Shown here piece by piece: positions 1 through 8,417 of a stretch of DNA of 64,000 nucleotides. The position numbers and the translations under genes are program-made. Within the stretch, counting starts at the first letter, position 1. The number at the start of each line of letters is the position of its first letter. Source of the stretch: an uncultured delta proteobacterium (lineage in GTDB: Bacteria; Desulfobacterota; DSM-4660; Desulfatiglandales; HGW-15); contig CAVPDE010000001.1 of the NCBI GenBank assembly GCA_963702565.1, forward strand, positions 6,104-70,103, given 5' to 3'. Below the pieces are notes generated by a model, which saw only the letters and a program-made list of their open reading frames with translations, did not search any database and was not told where the DNA came from.

Positions 1-12
1 GCTCGGTTCAAG

Positions 13-2928
13 GTGTTTCACGAGCTGATGACCAACAAGATCCGCGAGATATTGTTGGTCTCGAGCCCCTATGACGCCTATGTGATGGAAGAGGACGGCC
101 GGCTTGCTTCAAGGATCATCAACGAGTATCGAGGCCTGAATCTCAGCCAGCCTCCCAGGGTGACCCGAACCTCTTCCGCCTACGCGGCCCTCGAATACCT
201 CAACGAGAAGAAGTTCGACATGGTCATCACCACACCCCATCTCGAAGAGTTGGACGCCTATTCCCTGGGCCGGGCCATCAAGAAAGTCAAACCCGACCTT
301 CCTGTGATCCTTCTGGCTCAGAGCCTGAGGGGGCTGCCTAACCAGCCCGAGCACACAAACGGCCAAGGCATTGATAAAGTTTTCATCTGGTCCGGGGTTC
401 CTGATTTCCTCCTGGCTTTGGTCAAGAATGCGGAAGACCGCCTCAATGTGGATTACGACACTAAGAAGGCGAATGTTCGCGTGCTATTGCTTGTCGAGGA
501 CTCCCCTCTTTACTATTCTTCTTTTCTTCCGCTGATCTATCAGGAAGTGGTGAAGCAGACTCAGGCGGTCCTTGAAGTGGGGCTCAACGAAGAACACCGG
601 CTCCTCACCATGCGGGCGAGACCCAAGATCCTCCTGGCCGTGAACTACGAAGAGGCCCTGGCCCTCTACGAGCGCTACCAGCCTTACCTCTTCGGGGTCA
701 TGTCCGACTCCCGCCTGCCAAGGGCTCAAAAACTGGACGACGACGCGGGCTTTTCCCTGCTTGCCCAAATCAGAAAGGACATCCCGGATCTTCCCCTGCT
801 GCTCATGAGTTCTGAATCCGGCAATCAGGAAAAGGCGAAAAAGATTCCGGCGGTGTTCCTGGACAAGAACTCGCCCAACCTGCTTTCCGAGATTCACCAT
901 TTCTTCTTGAATCACCTCGGATTCGGCCACTTTGTTTTCCGCATGCCCGACGGTACGGAAGTGGACCGGGCATCGAACCTTCGGGAACTTGAGGAAAAAG
1001 TAGCGCGCATTCCCGAGGAATCTCTCTGGTTTCATGCGAGGCGAAACCACTTCTCGAACTGGCTCATGGCGCGTTCTGAAATCGGACTTGCATCCGCCTT
1101 CCGGGCCGTCCAGGCCTCTGAGTTCTCCAGCGCTGAGGAGATGCGCCGATACATTGTTTCAAACCTCCACGGCTTGCGCCGGTGGCGGCAAAAAGGGGTG
1201 GTCGCCCAGTTCAACACGGCCTACTTCGACCCGGATGTGAGCGATTTCGTCAAGATCGGTCAGGGATCCCTCGGAGGAAAAGCGAGAAGCCTTGCCTTCA
1301 TGTCGGCCCTCCTTCAGGAGGATCCGGCGATTTACGAGAAGTACAAGGACATCCACATTGAAATTCCCAAGACCCTGGTCATCAGCACCGACGCTTTCGA
1401 GTCTTTTGTCTCCAGGAACCATCTCCAGCATTTCGCTGTAGAAGATGTTCCGGACCAGGAAATCGCAGATGCTTTTCTAAAGGCGCAGATGCCGGACTGG
1501 CTGGTCCAGGAACTTGACTTTTACGTGTCCCAGGTGAACGATCCTCTTTCTGTTCGCTCTTCCAGTGCCCTCGAGGACCTCCAGTTTCAGCCCTATGCCG
1601 GGCTTTACCAGACTTACATGATTCCGAACAATCATCCTGATCCCTCGGTCCGGCTCAAGCAACTGACCAAAGCCGTCAAGCTGGTCTATGCCTCGACCTA
1701 TTATGAAAGCCCCAAGGCCTTCGCCCGCCACACCTCCAACCGACCCCAGGAAGAAGCCATGGCGGTTATCGTCCAGAAGCTTACCGGCGAGGAATACGGG
1801 AACTATTATTACCCCGCCATCTCCGGGGTTGCCCAGTCTCACAACTTCTATCCCATCCCCCCCATGAAGCGTGAGGACGGGATTGCCTACATCGCCCTCG
1901 GGCTTGGGAAGACGGTGGTGGAAGGGGAAAGGGCCCTGCGCTTCTCTCCCAGGCACCCCACTTCCATGCCCCAGTTTTCCACAGTGGACGACATTCTGTC
2001 CAATGCCCAGCGGTATTTCTACGCTTTGAAAATCAGAAGCTACCCGGAGGACTTGTCCTTTTACCTGTATTCCAATCTTGAACGAAGAGAGGTGGAGGAG
2101 GCCGAAGAGGAGTTCCCTGTCCGAGCCCTTGCGAGCACCTACATTCCCGATGAACACCGCATCCGGGATTCTGGATACTTGAAAGGCCCCAAGATCCTGA
2201 CCTTTGCCCAGGTCCTCAAGTACAACGCCTTTCCCCTCCCTTCCCTGCTGAGCGACTTCCTGGAACTCGGGCGGAGGGCCATGGGCTGCCCTGTGGAAAT
2301 CGAGTTCTCGGCCACTCTCAGCCCTGACCCGGGACAGAAGAGCAGTTTCTTCTTCCTCCAGATGAGACCCATGGTCGCGGATCTCGAGACTTTGGACGTG
2401 AAGATCACGGCCGAGGAGGTGCAGAAGGCTTTCTGTTTTTCCAACCAGGCCCTGGGTAACGGCAGGAACAAGGACATCGCCGACATCATCTATGTCAAAC
2501 CCGAGGACTTTAAACCCGAGGCCACCGTGGCCATGGCCAAGGAAATCGGCCGCCTCAACGCGGAGCTTGTCAAAGAGAAGCGGCCTTACTTGCTGGTAGG
2601 GCCTGGACGGTGGGGCAGTGCCGACCGATGGCTCGGAATCCCTGTTCAGTGGCACGACATATCCGGCGTTGGCGCCATCATTGAACTCAGAAGCGCTTTG
2701 CTCAAGGCGGATCCCTCTCAGGGGACCCACTTTTTTCAGAACATCACCTCTCTGGGCATTCACTATGTGACGGTCAGCGAAGGATCTGAAGATCGCTTTG
2801 ATTGGGAACGGATTCGATCTTTTCATGCGGTCCAAGAAACCCGGTTCTTGAGGCACGTACGATTGGACCAGCCGTTCCTTTTGAAGATTGACGGCAAAAC
2901 GTCTCAGTGTGTGATGATTGCCGCTTGA
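13..2928 (+). CDS. PEP/pyruvate-binding (PpsA/PPDK N-terminal-like) protein with N-terminal receiver-like domains. The frame is open to the window edge, so the 5' end may be truncated.
   Basis: 971-aa ORF. The N-terminus has a CheY-like pattern (ILLVSSPYD..DMVITT..PVILLA). The central and C-terminal part has PPDK_N-like motifs (SVRSSSALEDL, AVIVQKL, GRWGSADRWLGIPV). Confidence 0.65.
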   Translation: MFHELMTNKIREILLVSSPYDAYVMEEDGRLASRIINEYRGLNLSQPPRVTRTSSAYAALEYLNEKKFDMVITTPHLEELDAYSLGRAIKKVKPDLPVILLAQSLRGLPNQPEHTNGQGIDKVFIWSGVPDFLLALVKNAEDRLNVDYDTKKANVRVLLLVEDSPLYYSSFLPLIYQEVVKQTQAVLEVGLNEEHRLLTMRARPKILLAVNYEEALALYERYQPYLFGVMSDSRLPRAQKLDDDAGFSLLAQIRKDIPDLPLLLMSSESGNQEKAKKIPAVFLDKNSPNLLSEIHHFFLNHLGFGHFVFRMPDGTEVDRASNLRELEEKVARIPEESLWFHARRNHFSNWLMARSEIGLASAFRAVQASEFSSAEEMRRYIVSNLHGLRRWRQKGVVAQFNTAYFDPDVSDFVKIGQGSLGGKARSLAFMSALLQEDPAIYEKYKDIHIEIPKTLVISTDAFESFVSRNHLQHFAVEDVPDQEIADAFLKAQMPDWLVQELDFYVSQVNDPLSVRSSSALEDLQFQPYAGLYQTYMIPNNHPDPSVRLKQLTKAVKLVYASTYYESPKAFARHTSNRPQEEAMAVIVQKLTGEEYGNYYYPAISGVAQSHNFYPIPPMKREDGIAYIALGLGKTVVEGERALRFSPRHPTSMPQFSTVDDILSNAQRYFYALKIRSYPEDLSFYLYSNLERREVEEAEEEFPVRALASTYIPDEHRIRDSGYLKGPKILTFAQVLKYNAFPLPSLLSDFLELGRRAMGCPVEIEFSATLSPDPGQKSSFFFLQMRPMVADLETLDVKITAEEVQKAFCFSNQALGNGRNKDIADIIYVKPEDFKPEATVAMAKEIGRLNAELVKEKRPYLLVGPGRWGSADRWLGIPVQWHDISGVGAIIELRSALLKADPSQGTHFFQNITSLGIHYVTVSEGSEDRFDWERIRSFHAVQETRFLRHVRLDQPFLLKIDGKTSQCVMIAA

Positions 2929-2980
2929 TTGCAATACGTTTCCATTTAATCCATTATTCTAAACGGACGGGAGGAAAGTC

Positions 2981-4330
2981 ATGACGGAAATCTTGAAAGC
3001 GATTAAAACGCGCGACCCCCATGAGAGGGAATTTCATCAGGCTGTGGAAGAAGTGGTGGATTCGGTGAAACCGGTCCTGGACCGCAACCCGCAATACCGT
3101 GAAAACGGCGTGCTCGAGAGGCTGGTCGAGCCGGAGCGAGTGGTCATGTTCCAGGTTCCCTGGGTGGACGACGAGGGGCAGGTGCAGGTGAACCGGGGAT
3201 ACAGGATCCAGATGAGCAGCGTCATCGGGCCTTACAAGGGCGGACTTCGATTTCACCCCTCGGTGAATCTGAGCATCCTCAAGTTCCTCGCCTTTGAGCA
3301 GGTCTTCAAGAATGCCCTCACCACCCTGGCCATGGGAGGGGGAAAAGGAGGCTCTGACTTCGATCCCAAAGGCAAATCCGACAACGAAGTGATGCGGTTC
3401 TGCCAGAGCTTCATGATGGGACTCTTCCGGCACATCGGTCCGAACACGGATGTTCCGGCCGGCGACATCGGCGTGGGGGCAAGGGAAATCGGATATCTCT
3501 TCGGCATGTACCGCAAGCTCGCCAACGAATTCACAGGCGTTTTGACCGGCAAGAGCCTGGGTTGGGGAGGGAGCCTCATCCGGCCGGAAGCCACGGGGTA
3601 CGGCACCGTTTACTTTGCCTCTGAAATGCTGGCGGTTCGGAATCAAACTCTGGAAGGCAAAGTGTGTCTCGTCTCCGGATCCGGAAACGTAGCCCAGTTC
3701 ACGGTGGAAAAGCTGATCGAACTGGGAGCGAAAGTGGTTACCCTGTCCGACTCCTCAGGTTACATTTACGACGGGGAAGGCATCAATCAGGACAAGTTGG
3801 CTTTTGTGAAGAGGCTCAAGAACATCCGCAGGGGAAGGATCAAGGAGTATGTGGACAAGTATTCCCAAGCGGTGTACACCGAAGCGGATTCCTCTCTCGA
3901 CTACAATCCCCTCTGGAACCACAAAGCGAACTGTGCGTTTCCAAGTGCCACCCAGAACGAAATCACCGGCAAGGATGCACAGCACCTCATGAAGAACGGC
4001 ATCACCCTGGTCGCGGAAGGCTCGAACATGCCTTCGACCCCGGAGGCGATCCACACCTTCCTGGACAAGAAGATCCTGTATGCGCCCGGCAAGGCGTCCA
4101 ACGCCGGGGGGGTCGCGGTCTCAGGCCTCGAGATGGCGCAGAACAGCATGAGGCTGAGCTGGCCCAGGGAAGAAGTGGATGCCCGCCTGAAGATCATTAT
4201 GAAGAGCATCCACAAGGCGTGCCTGGATGCGGCGGCGGAATACGGAGTTCCCGGGAACTACATGGCCGGAGCCAACATCGCCGGGTTCGTCAAGGTCGTG
4301 AACGCCATGCTGGACCAGGGTCTGGTGTAG
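2981..4330 (+). CDS. gdhA: NADP-specific glutamate dehydrogenase
   Basis: 449-aa ORF with hallmark Glu/Leu/Phe/Val dehydrogenase motifs (LAMGGGKGGSDFDPKG, GDIGVGAREIGYLFG, SGSGNVAQ Rossmann). An SD-like gggagga precedes the ATG. Confidence 0.93.
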   Translation: MTEILKAIKTRDPHEREFHQAVEEVVDSVKPVLDRNPQYRENGVLERLVEPERVVMFQVPWVDDEGQVQVNRGYRIQMSSVIGPYKGGLRFHPSVNLSILKFLAFEQVFKNALTTLAMGGGKGGSDFDPKGKSDNEVMRFCQSFMMGLFRHIGPNTDVPAGDIGVGAREIGYLFGMYRKLANEFTGVLTGKSLGWGGSLIRPEATGYGTVYFASEMLAVRNQTLEGKVCLVSGSGNVAQFTVEKLIELGAKVVTLSDSSGYIYDGEGINQDKLAFVKRLKNIRRGRIKEYVDKYSQAVYTEADSSLDYNPLWNHKANCAFPSATQNEITGKDAQHLMKNGITLVAEGSNMPSTPEAIHTFLDKKILYAPGKASNAGGVAVSGLEMAQNSMRLSWPREEVDARLKIIMKSIHKACLDAAAEYGVPGNYMAGANIAGFVKVVNAMLDQGLV

Positions 4331-4354
4331 CGCTTCTTCGCTTGAAAGGAGATA

Positions 4355-4385
4355 AAAAGGGGCCTCTCTTTCAGGGGCCCCTTTT
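4355..4385. terminator. Bidirectional rho-independent terminator between convergent gdhA and the HD-domain gene
   Basis: AAAAGGGGCC (4355-4364) pairs with GGCCCCTTTT (4376-4385). The A-run and T-run flanks would work on both strands. Confidence 0.6.
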
Positions 4386-5023
4386 CATTTCGCCTTCAGA
4401 CGGGGCAAGGGCGTTTGCCGGCCCTTCACTTGATTCAAACGTTCTTTCAAGGCGGCAAGATTAGCTGCATGCTGGGGAGCGTATTTGGATCGGGCATAGT
4501 CGGTGTGAAACTGATGGCCGGCCACGAAAAGGGTGTTCATGGTCAGCCACTCCGCCTCCGAGAGTTTCCGGCCCATGCGATGCTCGATTTCCAGCCGAAT
4601 CAGTTCCGAGACTTCAAGAAAATCCCTGCTGGCCAGATGGGAGATGTCCGCATCGCAAAGAACCCGCTCCATGAGATTCCTGGGGTTCTGCGGCATTTTC
4701 GTGGCGCGGATACATCCCGCCACCTTGGCGATCCGTTTGGGAGGATACCCTGTTTCCCGGAGGAAAGCGCTCGCGATGTCAATGCTTCTCTCCTCGTGGC
4801 CTTCGATCGCTTCCACATACCCCGCATCGTGGAACCATGCCGCAAGAATCACCTCTTCGAGTTCTTCGGCACTGAGGCCACAGGCGGTGCCTATGGCCTT
4901 ACTCGCCTTGGCCACAGCCTTGGCGTGCTCGAAATTGTGATAGGTCACCCATTGCGGCTTGGCCGCTTGGATAAGCGCCTCGACATGAGCGCGAGCTTTT
5001 TGGATTATAGGTTCCCTAGGCAC
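4385..5023 (-). CDS. HD-domain phosphohydrolase
   Basis: 212-aa ORF with H..HD metal-binding signature (NFEHAKAV, AAWFHDAGY, LCDADISHL). Confidence 0.75.
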   Translation of the reverse strand: MPREPIIQKARAHVEALIQAAKPQWVTYHNFEHAKAVAKASKAIGTACGLSAEELEEVILAAWFHDAGYVEAIEGHEERSIDIASAFLRETGYPPKRIAKVAGCIRATKMPQNPRNLMERVLCDADISHLASRDFLEVSELIRLEIEHRMGRKLSEAEWLTMNTLFVAGHQFHTDYARSKYAPQHAANLAALKERLNQVKGRQTPLPRLKAK

Positions 5024-5068
5024 GCTACGTGTCGACAGAGAAGATGCAACGACCGCAACGAGGGCCCT

Positions 5069-5413
5069 TTATTGAGCTTTCTTGAACACCAGCTCCTTTT
5101 GCCCCGGCAGGTCGATGGTGATGGCACTGCCCTTGATCTTCCCTACGATGACACCGCCCTCTTTGGTGTTGATTCGGAGGTCCCCGGCCTTGATGTGCCA
5201 GGAAAAGGCGACCTCCTGGTTTCCGGCGATCCAAGCGCCCTGCCCGTTGGCTTTCAATTCCAGGCGGACTTCTCCGGTTTTGCCCTGCGCTTCATAGGCG
5301 CCGGCATATCTGTCGTTGGATTCACAGGCCCAGCCAAAGGCCAAGACCAAACACACCAGGGACACGACCAGGATTCGTGCGGTTCTTTTCCTCGATGCCA
5401 TGTCATTCTCCAT
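5069..5413 (-). CDS. Small secreted/lipoprotein-like hypothetical protein
   Basis: 114-aa ORF with an N-terminal hydrophobic signal ending in a lipobox-like FGWAC. Its ATG overlaps the upstream stop (TAATG), suggesting translational coupling. Confidence 0.5.
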   Translation of the reverse strand: MENDMASRKRTARILVVSLVCLVLAFGWACESNDRYAGAYEAQGKTGEVRLELKANGQGAWIAGNQEVAFSWHIKAGDLRINTKEGGVIVGKIKGSAITIDLPGQKELVFKKAQ

Positions 5414-5910
5414 TAAGAGGCGGCAGAAAGAGCGCTCTTCCTGAACCTCTTGGGCAGAAGCCCTCCCCCGTAGAACACGAAGATGCGGTCAAAGAAGAAC
5501 ACGTGAATCGTCATGAGCAGCCACATCATGTCCTCGCCCACCTTCCCCCAGCCCAGTTCCTCGCCCACCGAGTCGAAACACCCGCAGGAGATCGGCGCAT
5601 CGCGATAGATGTTGATGATGAGCATGACGATGAACATGATCAGCATGAGGGAGGTCACCACCGCCGCCGCGCGGGTCCTGAGCCCGATGATAAGGAACAG
5701 GCCGCACATGAATTCCACCCACGGCAGGACCAGGGAGCCTGCATTCAGGAAAAAGTAGGGGATCAGCTGGTAGGCGGCCACGGATTCGGCAAACACCGCA
5801 GGATAGGTGATCTTGTAGATGCTCGCATAGATGAACACATACCCGATGTAGACCCGGAAACCGAGGGCCAGGTATTCGCTGGTCGCAAGGCGCTTCAACA
5901 GTTCTTTCAT
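5413..5910 (-). CDS. MauE/DoxX-family integral membrane protein
   Basis: 165-aa ORF with about four hydrophobic helices and the CGCF motif typical of MauE-like proteins. There is an ATGA start/stop overlap with the upstream gene. Confidence 0.6.
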   Translation of the reverse strand: MKELLKRLATSEYLALGFRVYIGYVFIYASIYKITYPAVFAESVAAYQLIPYFFLNAGSLVLPWVEFMCGLFLIIGLRTRAAAVVTSLMLIMFIVMLIINIYRDAPISCGCFDSVGEELGWGKVGEDMMWLLMTIHVFFFDRIFVFYGGGLLPKRFRKSALSAAS

Positions 5911-6818
5911 GGCTCCACCGGATATCCTTTCTTTTCCCAGTCGCCGAGGGTGCCTTCCAGCACCCGGGTGTTCTTGTACCCTTTCTCTGCGAACTTCTTC
6001 GCCACCTCGAGATCAAAGAGCCTGCTGAACGTCTTTCCATACACAATGATTTTCTTGGTTTTGTCCTCTTCGTCAAAGGTCGTGAGGTACACGATGTCAA
6101 AGAGCGCCATGGGTATGTTCACCGCGCCTTTGATGTGTCGCTTTTTGTAGAAGCCCGCGGGCATGGCATCCACGAAAACCGTGTGCCCCTGCTTGTATTC
6201 CTCCACTGCGGCGAAGAGCGTGACGGAGGGGATCGCCGCTTTGGAAGGCAACTCCGGGAAAAGAGGAATGCTGTTGGGATTCGACGCGTTGAACAGCATA
6301 GAGAGAAGCACGCTGATGCCGATGAGAAGGACAAAATCGAACCAGGACATCTGGGGAGGCGTGGCCATGCGCCTCGCCTCTGTCTCCAGGGCCTGCTCAT
6401 CCCGTTTCAGCCACCCGGAGAGCTGTTTGATGAAGGTCAGGGACACTTCAGGATGGCCCTTCAGCACCTGCTCGAACTGCTCCTTGGTCAGGACCAGGGC
6501 CCGCGTCTCTTCCTGGGTCTCCACGCTGGCGGATCGGGATTCCCCGGTCAGCAGGGCCACCTCCCCGAAGCTCTGTCCAGGCCCGAGTTCCGAGAGCGTG
6601 ATCTCCACCCCCTGGTCATCGCTGCGGAACACTCGCACCTTGCCGGACAGGATGACCCAGAAACTGTCTCCCGGATCTCCCCGTTTGAAGATCAGGCTGC
6701 GGGCCGGCAGCGCTCGGTCCTCCACGACCCTCGAGATCTCGTCCAGCATCTCCACAGGCATGTCCCGGAAGACAGCCGTCTCAGAAAGCTTCTTCTTCTT
6801 TTCGTCGTGGGGTGTCAT
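5907..6818 (-). CDS. Cyclic-nucleotide-binding domain / transmembrane / rhodanese-domain protein
   Basis: N-terminal cNMP-binding fold ([32 protein letters not shown]), one TM segment and a C-terminal rhodanese-like domain. The start is uncertain: ATG at 6818 or TTG at 6854. Confidence 0.7.
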   Translation of the reverse strand: MTPHDEKKKKLSETAVFRDMPVEMLDEISRVVEDRALPARSLIFKRGDPGDSFWVILSGKVRVFRSDDQGVEITLSELGPGQSFGEVALLTGESRSASVETQEETRALVLTKEQFEQVLKGHPEVSLTFIKQLSGWLKRDEQALETEARRMATPPQMSWFDFVLLIGISVLLSMLFNASNPNSIPLFPELPSKAAIPSVTLFAAVEEYKQGHTVFVDAMPAGFYKKRHIKGAVNIPMALFDIVYLTTFDEEDKTKKIIVYGKTFSRLFDLEVAKKFAEKGYKNTRVLEGTLGDWEKKGYPVEP

Positions 6819-7041
6819 GCTGTTATCTTCCGAAGTCAGGGTCGGTTGGGACAAGAAAACGGGTCATTCACGAAAAGCTTTGGCTCCTTCTCTACTCGGC
6901 TTTCTTGGAAAAGTCAAGGTTGACGGCTTCATGAGAAATCCGCTAGGCCGTCACCCGGCAAAACCCGGGGAAGGAGCCGGCGAAAATTACCAGCCTCTGG
7001 CTGCGCAACACCGCAGATGATGCTTGATGGTGGATCAGGGC

Positions 7042-8337
7042 TTATTTGAGCTTTATCCACAGAAGCTTGGCCGGTCCGGGCCCAGGGTTTTTCCACTGGG
7101 TCGGGACGTCCCGGGTCAGGCAGATCACGTCCCCGCTCCTTAGCCTGTAAGTCACGTTTCTCATCTTGAACCGAAGCGTCCCTGTCAGAAGATACCCCAG
7201 CTCTTCGCCCTTGTGCATGAAGAAGTGAGACGAGAGGCTCTTCTTGGGCGGGATTTCGAGAAGGTAGGGCTCGCCTTTGGCCTCCAGATCCAGCGGAATG
7301 AGAAGTTTCGCTTCGACTTCGCCTTCGGTCAGGCCGGGGAGTTTCACCTTCGCGGCCTCTCTGGTCGAGAACACCGGCCCGGCCATTGACTTGGTCGGAT
7401 CCCGAAACAAAGAGCTCACCTCCACGGAGAGGACTTCCGCCAGCTTGAGGAGCGCAGGCAATGAGGGGTAGATGAGGTCGCTCTCGATTTGGGAAATGGT
7501 GCTCGACGTCACCCCCACGAGATCGGCCAGCTCTTTCTGAGGGAGCCCTCGTTTGGTCCGAAGATCCCTCAGCCGGGTGCCCAGATCGATTCCGCCCCGC
7601 TTGGGCCGGTCTGTTTCAAAAGCGACGTCCAGCCCTCTGCTCCAGTAGGGGTAGGGCCGGTTCTGGGTCGCAAGATCCCGGTTTTCCGCCTTCAGAATCG
7701 TGAGCGAACAGGTTCCCCGCCTGACGGAAACATCCATCGCGACCTGGGCGATCTGATTGATCTGAGCCCTGAGACGGGCCGTGTGGGCGCGTTTTTCCAG
7801 GATCCAGTAGGCGATGGTGTTCAATTCATAGAGCCGGGCGCAGGAGTGGGCGTAGAATTGAATGATGGGCTCTTCTCCGCCCCAGAGTTCCCCCATGCCC
7901 GTCAGGCTTTCAAACACGAAACGCACATCCCCTTTCATGGCCGCATGAATCCCGTAGAGGGCGTCCATCACCTGATGCGGATCCCGGGGTTGCTCGACTC
8001 TCGCGACCCGGCAGATTCTCTTCTTCTTGCCCTCGTAGAACTTGAGGAACACGGGGGAACCCGCTCCTTTCCCATGGGTGAAGCAGTCGAGGAGGGTCAG
8101 GGCCGGGTAGTCCGCGAGACGGCCGAGCTTGTCGAGAAGGTTTTTGGGCGATCGGTCAAAGGTCACATAAATAATCGGTTTTCCCTGAGCCTGCGAGGTT
8201 CGGATGAAATTGAGGCAGAAGACAGAGGCAAGACTGCCGGCGGCGTCATGCCAGACCACGTTGTCCCCGATGAAAAGCCCGCCCAGCAGGCGGTCCAATT
8301 CGCTCACCCCTGATGAAACGCGCAATGCCTCTCCCAT
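7042..8337 (-). CDS. Transcriptional regulator: KaiC/RecA-like domain (degenerate P-loop) + XRE-type HTH + cupin
   Basis: N-terminal GVSELDRLLGGL..VVWHD resembles the KaiC/RAD55 ATPase fold but lacks a GxxGxGKT Walker A. The middle has HTH_3 (RTKRGLPQKELADLVGVTSSTISQIE) and the C-terminus a cupin (HFFMHKGEELGYLLTG). The ATG at 8337 has the SD aaagggg, whereas the longer ORF to 8397 does not. Confidence 0.7.
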   Translation of the reverse strand: MGEALRVSSGVSELDRLLGGLFIGDNVVWHDAAGSLASVFCLNFIRTSQAQGKPIIYVTFDRSPKNLLDKLGRLADYPALTLLDCFTHGKGAGSPVFLKFYEGKKKRICRVARVEQPRDPHQVMDALYGIHAAMKGDVRFVFESLTGMGELWGGEEPIIQFYAHSCARLYELNTIAYWILEKRAHTARLRAQINQIAQVAMDVSVRRGTCSLTILKAENRDLATQNRPYPYWSRGLDVAFETDRPKRGGIDLGTRLRDLRTKRGLPQKELADLVGVTSSTISQIESDLIYPSLPALLKLAEVLSVEVSSLFRDPTKSMAGPVFSTREAAKVKLPGLTEGEVEAKLLIPLDLEAKGEPYLLEIPPKKSLSSHFFMHKGEELGYLLTGTLRFKMRNVTYRLRSGDVICLTRDVPTQWKNPGPGPAKLLWIKLK

Positions 8338-8417
8338 AGAAACCCCTTTCTCAGTGACGAGTGAATTGTGACAAGACAAAAAGATTGCAATCCTCACTCG
8401 TCACTTGTCACTCTCTT

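Noticed and set aside
1477-2934. Long antisense ORFs opposite confident genes. Examples are 1477..2934(-), 11788..12978(-), 13590..15290(-), 9366..10358(+), 25675..27102(+), 34752..35858(+), 44852..45598(-) and 46022..46648(-).
   Set aside because: They lie fully inside genes with clear family signatures on the other strand. They have Arg/Gly/Pro-rich, low-information translations typical of shadow ORFs in GC-rich DNA, and they lack SD sequences.
3664-4464. 266-aa plus-strand ORF overlapping the 3' half of gdhA in another frame.
   Set aside because: It is out of frame with an unambiguous gdhA, has an Arg-rich nonsense-like translation and runs through the terminator hairpin.
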